Shown piece by piece: positions 58,089-64,000 of a stretch of 64,000 nt of DNA. Source of the DNA: Deltaproteobacteria bacterium (GTDB lineage: Bacteria; Desulfobacterota; Desulfobacteria; Desulfobacterales; ETH-SRB1). The translations under genes were made by a program, and so were the position numbers. The stretch is from assembly GCA_030262895.1 (NCBI GenBank), contig JAJSZW010000001.1, positions 16,360-80,359 of the forward strand, in the 5' to 3' direction. Each line of letters begins with the position of its first letter. The first letter of the stretch is position 1. The notes under the pieces were generated by a model, which worked only from the letters and a program-made list of their open reading frames with translations, made no database searches and was not told the DNA's origin.

Positions 58089-58385
58089 ATGGCACACAAA
58101 AAAGCAGGCGGCAGTTCGAGGAATGGTCGGGACAGTAATGCGCAGAGGCGCGGTGTAAAACGATTTGGCGGAGAAAATGTGAGGGCCGGCAATATATTGG
58201 TTCGCCAGTTGGGCACTAAAATACATCCAGGAGAGAATGTTGGGTTAGGAAAAGATTATACCCTGTTTGCTAAAATAGATGGTATTGTTGCTTATGAGCG
58301 AATGGGACGTTCTCGTAAAAAGGTAAGTGTTTATACCTCGGAAGGCCACAACTTGCGATCTTTCGCCGGCACTGAACACCAATAG
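58089..58385 (+). CDS. rpmA: 50S ribosomal protein L27 with element-derived C-terminal tail
   Basis: [16 protein letters not shown]; residues after Y82-T83 are encoded by the element at 58332-58492. Confidence 0.95.
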   Translation: MAHKKAGGSSRNGRDSNAQRRGVKRFGGENVRAGNILVRQLGTKIHPGENVGLGKDYTLFAKIDGIVAYERMGRSRKKVSVYTSEGHNLRSFAGTEHQ

Positions 58386-58492
58386 CTGCGTTGCTCAGGC
58401 TTGAAATAGCTTGTTATTCCGCACCTTCGCGCCTTGCTCTTGATGCTCATTGCTCACCGAAAAAAACGCAATTTATGGCCTTCCGAGGTATA
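58332..58492. mobile_element. MITE inserted in the rpmA 3' end (TATA duplication)
   Basis: TATACCTCGGAAGGCCA ... TGGCCTTCCGAGGTATA, perfect 17-bp inverted ends. Confidence 0.88.
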
Positions 58493-58496
58493 CAGA

Positions 58497-59507
58497 GTGA
58501 AATTTATTGATGAGGCTATTATTACCGTTCAGTCCGGCGATGGAGGCAGAGGGTGTGTTAGTTTTAGGCGTGAAAAATTTATCCCGCGGGGAGGGCCGGA
58601 CGGCGGAGATGGAGGTAAAGGCGGAGATGTAATTTTAGAGGCATCATCTCAAAAACGCACACTTTATTTTTTTAGATATAGAAAAGATTTTAAAGCAAAA
58701 AATGGTGCCGGTGGTCAAGGCAAACGCAAGGCAGGCAAACATGGCGATGACCTTGTTTTAGAAATTCCTCCAGGAACCGTGATTGGCGACGCTGATACGG
58801 GACAAGTAATCAAAGATCTTACAAAACCCGGTGAAAAATATATAATAGCTAAAGGCGGCAGAGGTGGACGGGGTAACGCTCGTTTTAAAACATCAACAAA
58901 CCGTGCGCCTCGTTTTGCTCAGCCAGGTGAATCAGGTGAAATATTAAAACTTAAACTCGAACTCAAACTTCTTGCCGATGTTGGTATAATCGGTCTTCCC
59001 AATGCCGGCAAATCCACCCTTATCAGCGCAATTTCTTCAGCACATCCCAAAACAGGAAGTTATCCTTTTACAACTCTTGTCCCAAATCTCGGCGTTGTTA
59101 AAACAGACTGGGGAGAGCCTTTTGTCGTGGCAGATATTCCAGGTTTGATAGAAGGTGCACATAAAGGCGCCGGGCTTGGTATAAGATTTTTGCGCCACAT
59201 AGAAAGAACACGTATTCTTATTCATTTGATAGATTCGTCATCCATTGATCCGGCAGATCCACTTATGTCATATAAAACTATAAATAAAGAACTGGAAATG
59301 TATAATAAGGAGCTTGCAAAAAAATCTCAAATAGTTGTTCTTAACAAGATTGATATGCCTGATGCTAAAAAGGCTGTTGATATTTTTCAAGCTTTTGCCA
59401 AGGGGATCAAAATCATATTGATTTCGGCTTTAACCGGAGAAGGAATTGATAATTTAAAATCAAAAATTGTTCAATCCCTAGATAAATTAGACAAATTAGA
59501 TGAATGA
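58497..59507 (+). CDS. obgE: GTPase ObgE
   Basis: GTG start KFIDEA; FRREKF.P.GGPDGGDGG; GLPNAGKST; DIPG; NKID. Confidence 0.95.
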   Translation: MKFIDEAIITVQSGDGGRGCVSFRREKFIPRGGPDGGDGGKGGDVILEASSQKRTLYFFRYRKDFKAKNGAGGQGKRKAGKHGDDLVLEIPPGTVIGDADTGQVIKDLTKPGEKYIIAKGGRGGRGNARFKTSTNRAPRFAQPGESGEILKLKLELKLLADVGIIGLPNAGKSTLISAISSAHPKTGSYPFTTLVPNLGVVKTDWGEPFVVADIPGLIEGAHKGAGLGIRFLRHIERTRILIHLIDSSSIDPADPLMSYKTINKELEMYNKELAKKSQIVVLNKIDMPDAKKAVDIFQAFAKGIKIILISALTGEGIDNLKSKIVQSLDKLDKLDE

Positions 59508-60645
59508 TAAAAGAAAAATATGTTTTGAAGACGCAAAACGCATAGTCGTAAAGGTAGGCAGCGGCGTTCTTACAGAAGATAATGGATTAAATTTAAAGGC
59601 TCTTAGATCAATCAGCAGACAGATTTGCCAACTTGCCGACAGGGGATTAGAGATAATTCTGGTATCATCCGGCGCAATGGCTTCAGGTATAAAAAAAATA
59701 GGACTTTCTAAAAGACCGGATGAAATCCCAAAAAGACAGGCCATTGCAGCCGTTGGTCAAGCCGGTTTAATCATGGAATACGAAAAGTCTTTTGCGCGAT
59801 ATAATAAAAAGGTTGCGCAGATACTTCTAACAAGTGACGATCTCGTGAATCGAAAGAGATATTTAAATGCACGCAATACTCTTTGTACCCTGCTGTCATG
59901 GCAGGTTATTCCAATAATAAATGAAAACGATACAGTTGTGGTTGAAGAGATAAAGTTCGGGGATAATGATAACCTTGCTGCAATGATAACCTTGCTTATG
60001 GATGCAGATATTCTTATTAACCTTACTGATATTGATGGTCTTTACACCAAGGATCCGCGCAAGAATAAGGATGCTGAACTTATTCCAGTAGTTACGACAA
60101 TTAAAAAAGATATTGAAAAATACGCAACCGATATTCCTGGTCCTTTGGGAACCGGTGGCATGCTCAGCAAGATAATAGCGGCAAAAAAGGTTACCGCCGC
60201 AGGCATACCTATGTTAATAGCCGGGGGTGAAAAGCATGATATTCTGATAAAACTCTTTGCCGGCAAAGAGCATGGTACTTTTTTTATTCCAAAAAAAGAA
60301 AAGCTGGCAAACCGCAAATGCTGGATAGCTTTTACATTAAAGCCTAAAGGAACCATCATGATTGATAATGGAGCTGCGGCTGCTATCCTTAAAAGCGGCA
60401 AGAGCCTTCTGCCGAGCGGTATTGTAAGAGTAGATGGGGAATTTAGCGTGGGTGCCGCAGTTGAATTCAGAAAAGAAAGCAATAATGAGATTTTGGGGAC
60501 AGGCCTTGTAAATTACTGTGCTTCCGATATACGAAAGATAATGGGGCTCAAGTCCGGCAAGATAAAAAAATATCTCGGGCATAAGTCCTATGATGAAGTT
60601 ATACATAGAGATAATCTGGCAATAACATATGAATGTAATGCATAG
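59500..60645 (+). CDS. proB: Glutamate 5-kinase
   Basis: VVKVGS, VSSGA, INENDTV, GDND, GTGGM.SK, PUA domain. Confidence 0.95.
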   Translation: MNDKRKICFEDAKRIVVKVGSGVLTEDNGLNLKALRSISRQICQLADRGLEIILVSSGAMASGIKKIGLSKRPDEIPKRQAIAAVGQAGLIMEYEKSFARYNKKVAQILLTSDDLVNRKRYLNARNTLCTLLSWQVIPIINENDTVVVEEIKFGDNDNLAAMITLLMDADILINLTDIDGLYTKDPRKNKDAELIPVVTTIKKDIEKYATDIPGPLGTGGMLSKIIAAKKVTAAGIPMLIAGGEKHDILIKLFAGKEHGTFFIPKKEKLANRKCWIAFTLKPKGTIMIDNGAAAAILKSGKSLLPSGIVRVDGEFSVGAAVEFRKESNNEILGTGLVNYCASDIRKIMGLKSGKIKKYLGHKSYDEVIHRDNLAITYECNA

Positions 60646-60860
60646 GAACAGTGCGCTTCAGGTATAATCAAATTCAAACCATGAAAAACTCACGCATAAG
60701 ATATCGTAAAGAAAGAACTTGCCACGAATGAAAACAATAGTAACAGTTGCCAATCCCTTAATAAACTATGACAAGATCCTGCAAAGTTCTTTCTTAACGA
60801 TCTCTATTGCGCTCAAACAGTTTCCTGTTTTGAATTCGATCACACCTGAAACTCACGTTC
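60646..60860. repeat. Long imperfect inverted repeat between proB and proA
   Basis: Arms include TTCAGGT...AATTCAAA...ATCGTAAAGAAAGAACTT / AAGTTCTTTCTTAACGAT...TTTGAATT...ACCTGAA. Confidence 0.7.
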
Positions 60861-60937
60861 AGCCAGTTTGTTTCATAAAGGTTGCATAAAAATGAGTTTG
60901 TAAATTTCTGAAAAAACACAGCTTGAGGAGGAATCAG

Positions 60938-62194
60938 ATGTCTGTTGAGTCAACAATTGTTGAGATGGCAAAAGCAGCTAGAGCAGCTTCCGTTGAAATG
61001 GCAAGATGCCCTTCGGATAAAAAAAACGAAGCGCTTATAAGGATAGCTGATAATATTGAGAAAGAGGCGCCCTATATCCAGAAGGAAAATGAAAAGGATC
61101 TTTTACGCGCCGGGGAAATGGGGCTTTCCAATGCAATGATTGATCGGCTCACTGTAAAGGATTCAACAATTAAATCCATGGCAGATGGGCTCAGAGAGGT
61201 TGTCCGGATTCCGGACCCTGTGGGCTCGATGAGTAATACATGGCTTAGGCCCAACGGGTTGGAAGTGTCACGTATGCGCATACCTCTCGGGGTTATTGGT
61301 ATTATCTATGAGTCAAGGCCAAATGTCACTGTAGATGCCGCCGGTCTTTGCTTGAAAGCTGGAAATGCAGTGATACTTCGTGGAGGTTCTGAAGCTCTTC
61401 ATTCGAATCAGGCGCTATCTGCTATAATAAGTAATGCCCTTAAAGAATCCGGACTTCCTGAGGGAGCAGCGCAAGTTGTTCCTATAAGAGACAGAGATGC
61501 TGTTAATGTTCTTTTGAAACAGGAAGAATTTATTGATCTTATTATTCCTCGAGGCGGCGAAGGCCTGATACGTTTTGTGGTAGAGAACTCGAAAATACCA
61601 GTTTTAAAACATTACAAGGGCGTATGCCATGTATATGTTGATGAAGGGGCGGATATTGCAATGGCTGAGGATATTTGTTTTAATGCAAAAGTTCAGCGTC
61701 CGGGTGTTTGCAATGCTATGGAAACAATGCTTGTCCACAAATCCGTATCTGAGAATTTTCTGCCGGCCATGGGAAAACGTTTTGTTGAAGCAGGTGTAGA
61801 AATAAGGGGCTGCCCTGAAACATGTCGAATTTTGCCAGAGGCGGCAAATGCCGTGGAAGAGGACTGGCCGGCGGAATTCCTTGATCTTGTTCTTGCAGTG
61901 AAAGTTGTGGAAGATATGAAAGAAGCTATTACGCACATCGCAAGATATGGATCAAGCCATACAGATGTAATCGTGACTTCGGATTATAACAGGGCAAGGC
62001 GTTTTGTACGTGAAGTGGATTCATCAGTTGTTATTGTCAATGCCTCTACTCGTTTTAACGATGGGGGGCAGCTTGGACTTGGAGCGGAAATAGGTATAAG
62101 CACTTCAAAACTTCATGCCTTTGGGCCTATGGGTGTTAATGAACTAACAACAACCAAGTTTGTTGTTTTTGGAGAGGGACAGGTCAGGGATTAG
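60938..62194 (+). CDS. proA: Gamma-glutamyl phosphate reductase
   Basis: [42 protein letters not shown]. Confidence 0.96.
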   Translation: MSVESTIVEMAKAARAASVEMARCPSDKKNEALIRIADNIEKEAPYIQKENEKDLLRAGEMGLSNAMIDRLTVKDSTIKSMADGLREVVRIPDPVGSMSNTWLRPNGLEVSRMRIPLGVIGIIYESRPNVTVDAAGLCLKAGNAVILRGGSEALHSNQALSAIISNALKESGLPEGAAQVVPIRDRDAVNVLLKQEEFIDLIIPRGGEGLIRFVVENSKIPVLKHYKGVCHVYVDEGADIAMAEDICFNAKVQRPGVCNAMETMLVHKSVSENFLPAMGKRFVEAGVEIRGCPETCRILPEAANAVEEDWPAEFLDLVLAVKVVEDMKEAITHIARYGSSHTDVIVTSDYNRARRFVREVDSSVVIVNASTRFNDGGQLGLGAEIGISTSKLHAFGPMGVNELTTTKFVVFGEGQVRD

Positions 62195-62259
62195 GGATCG
62201 GGCAAAACCGTAAACCGTGAACTGTAAACCGTTATTATTTATCATGAAAGGTCTATTTT

Positions 62260-62940
62260 TTGGAACATATAGGGTTGTTCGGAGGGACTTTTAATCCGAT
62301 TCACGTAGGGCATCTTAGAGCTATTCAGGAGGTGCAAAATCGTTTTGCCCTGGATAAATTTTATATAATCCCAACAGCCCTTCCTCCACACAAGGAGCCG
62401 GGTGATGTGGTCGATGCAAAATACCGCCTTGAGATGATTCGGCTATCTGTTTCAGAATATCCTGAACTTTTGAAGTCAGTTATTATTTCCGATGTTGAGC
62501 TAAAGCGTTCGGGCCCATCATATACCATTGATACCGTTAACCACTTTAAATCCATTCTGCCGGATTATTCCAATCTTTATCTTATTCTTGGTATTGACGC
62601 CTTCCTTGAAATAGATACCTGGAAATCTTTTTCAGATCTTTTTTATCTTACATCTTTTATTGTTATGACACGGCCCGGAGGTGTAGATGCTGAGGGAGCG
62701 TTGAAATGGAAAGTTCTTGAAGATTATATTAAGGGAAAAATATCCGGCACCTATAAATTTTCCATTTCCCGATCATGTTTTGTCCATGAAAAAAAACAGG
62801 CGATTTTTTATGTGGATATAAATTCACCTGATATATCATCAACTAAAATTCGTGATCTTATTAAGAAAGGCATGCCAATTAATTCCCTGGTTCCTAAGAA
62901 GGTGGATGACTTTATTATCAACAAAGGACTTTATATATGA
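62260..62940 (+). CDS. nadD: Nicotinate-nucleotide adenylyltransferase
   Basis: GGTFNPIHVGH, PPHK, SYTIDT, ISSTKIR. Confidence 0.93.
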   Translation: MEHIGLFGGTFNPIHVGHLRAIQEVQNRFALDKFYIIPTALPPHKEPGDVVDAKYRLEMIRLSVSEYPELLKSVIISDVELKRSGPSYTIDTVNHFKSILPDYSNLYLILGIDAFLEIDTWKSFSDLFYLTSFIVMTRPGGVDAEGALKWKVLEDYIKGKISGTYKFSISRSCFVHEKKQAIFYVDINSPDISSTKIRDLIKKGMPINSLVPKKVDDFIINKGLYI

Positions 62941-63290
62941 TTTATGAACACGATCCCTCTCTTGACGTTTACGTTAAATCAGCTTTGGAAAAAAAAGTTA
63001 TAGGACTGGTTGTTTTGGATGTTCGAGGGCTGACTTCTATTGCAGATTATTTTATAATTTGCAGCGGGCTTTCTAATCGTCAGGTTAGAGCGGTTGCTGA
63101 ATCTATTCAGGTAGATCTGAAAAAAAATGGAATAAAGCCGCTTAGCGTTGAGGGTCAAAAAGAAGGGCACTGGGTTGTTATGGATTATGGCCATGTTATT
63201 ATTCATATTTTTTATGAACCGGTGCGTACTTTATATGATCTCGAAAGCCTCTGGATAGATGCGAAAAGGATTACCGACTATAATGAATGA
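62937..63290 (+). CDS. rsfS: Ribosome silencing factor
   Basis: DYFIICSG.S.RQV, WVVMDYG.VIIHIF, YDLESLW. Confidence 0.93.
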   Translation: MIYEHDPSLDVYVKSALEKKVIGLVVLDVRGLTSIADYFIICSGLSNRQVRAVAESIQVDLKKNGIKPLSVEGQKEGHWVVMDYGHVIIHIFYEPVRTLYDLESLWIDAKRITDYNE

Positions 63291-64000
63291 TAAAAAATTT
63301 TGCATGCTGATTATCCTGGATGGATGGGGAATTAGTTCTAATAGCGAAGGCAATGCTGTCAAGCTGGCCAAAACTCCTTATCTTGACAGGCTTGAGAAAG
63401 AATATCCCCACACCAGCCTTTTATGTTCCGGAAAAGCTGTAGGCCTTCCGGAAGGAATTATGGGAAATTCCGAGGTCGGGCATCTTAATATCGGAGCCGG
63501 AAGGGTAGTATATCAAGCTCTTCTAAGAATAGATAAATCAATAAGATGCGGAGAGTTTTTTGAAAATAATGTTTTAAAGTCTGTAATATCAAAAGTTAAA
63601 GCAAATGACTCTGCCTTACATTTAATGGGACTTGTTTCAGATGGCGGCGTTCACAGCCATTTCAGTCATTTGCTGGCTTTGCTGAACATGGCAAAGAAAG
63701 AAGATATCAAAAATGTTTACATCCATGCTATTCTTGATGGTCGGGATACTCCTCCCGACAGCGGGGATGATTACATAAAAAGTTTGCAGAATCATATAAA
63801 TAAAACCGGCTTTGGAACTATTGTTAGTATCTGCGGGCGTTATTTTGCAATGGATCGCGATAAAAGATGGGACCGGATTGAAAAGGCCTATCGTCTATAT
63901 ACGCTTGGCGAAGGTGTTAAGGAAACGCATCCCGTTGAAGCTGTAAAAAATGCATACAGCCGGAATGAAACTGATGAATTTATACAACCGGTTGTTATTA
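63283..64000 (+). CDS. gpmI: 2,3-bisphosphoglycerate-independent phosphoglycerate mutase (partial, runs off the window)
   Basis: MNDKKFCMLIILDGWG, GLPEGIMGNSEVGH, SDGGVHSH, DGRDTPP, GRYFAMDRD; absent from the ORF track because it is truncated. Confidence 0.93.
   Translation, partial: MNDKKFCMLIILDGWGISSNSEGNAVKLAKTPYLDRLEKEYPHTSLLCSGKAVGLPEGIMGNSEVGHLNIGAGRVVYQALLRIDKSIRCGEFFENNVLKSVISKVKANDSALHLMGLVSDGGVHSHFSHLLALLNMAKKEDIKNVYIHAILDGRDTPPDSGDDYIKSLQNHINKTGFGTIVSICGRYFAMDRDKRWDRIEKAYRLYTLGEGVKETHPVEAVKNAYSRNETDEFIQPVVI

Noticed and set aside
58434..58496. N-terminal extension of ObgE in the ORF track
   Set aside because: It lies inside the MITE; the conserved protein begins at GTG 58497.
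423..63206. Numerous 60-160 aa antisense or overlapping ORFs in the track
   Set aside because: They are shadows of well-supported genes on the opposite strand or in another frame, with no motifs or SD support.

Overview
AT-rich chromosomal window from a sulfate-reducing deltaproteobacterium (Desulfobacterota, probably Desulfobacterales-like; inferred from dsrT-dsrMKJOP and gene content). Left to right: a split-subunit Mrp/Mnh Na+/H+ antiporter operon (minus strand) with a catalytically degenerate sigma-54 activator paralog embedded in it and a sigma-54 promoter upstream; two divergent tandem-USP genes; a four-gene signalling cluster; ETF-QO, CooC-like, deacetylase, CBS, MBL and ASKHA/RACo genes; ntrXY, lpxC, dapA, ilvE, UGPase, fusA; a B12 radical SAM plus SPASM-like/TPR pair; a small accessory island (antitoxin, truncated PIN toxin, REP doublet, RAYT transposase remnant, N6 DNA methyltransferase plus PD-(D/E)xK protein, second REP doublet, Fic); acnA; dsrTMKJOP; fdhD; and rplU-rpmA-obgE-proB-proA-nadD-rsfS-gpmI. 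Intergenic DNA is crowded with several families of miniature palindromic elements. One carries a four-helix-bundle gene remnant, and one has inserted into the 3' end of rpmA. No rRNA, tRNA or CRISPR array was recognised. All family assignments are from motif recognition by eye, not from database searches.
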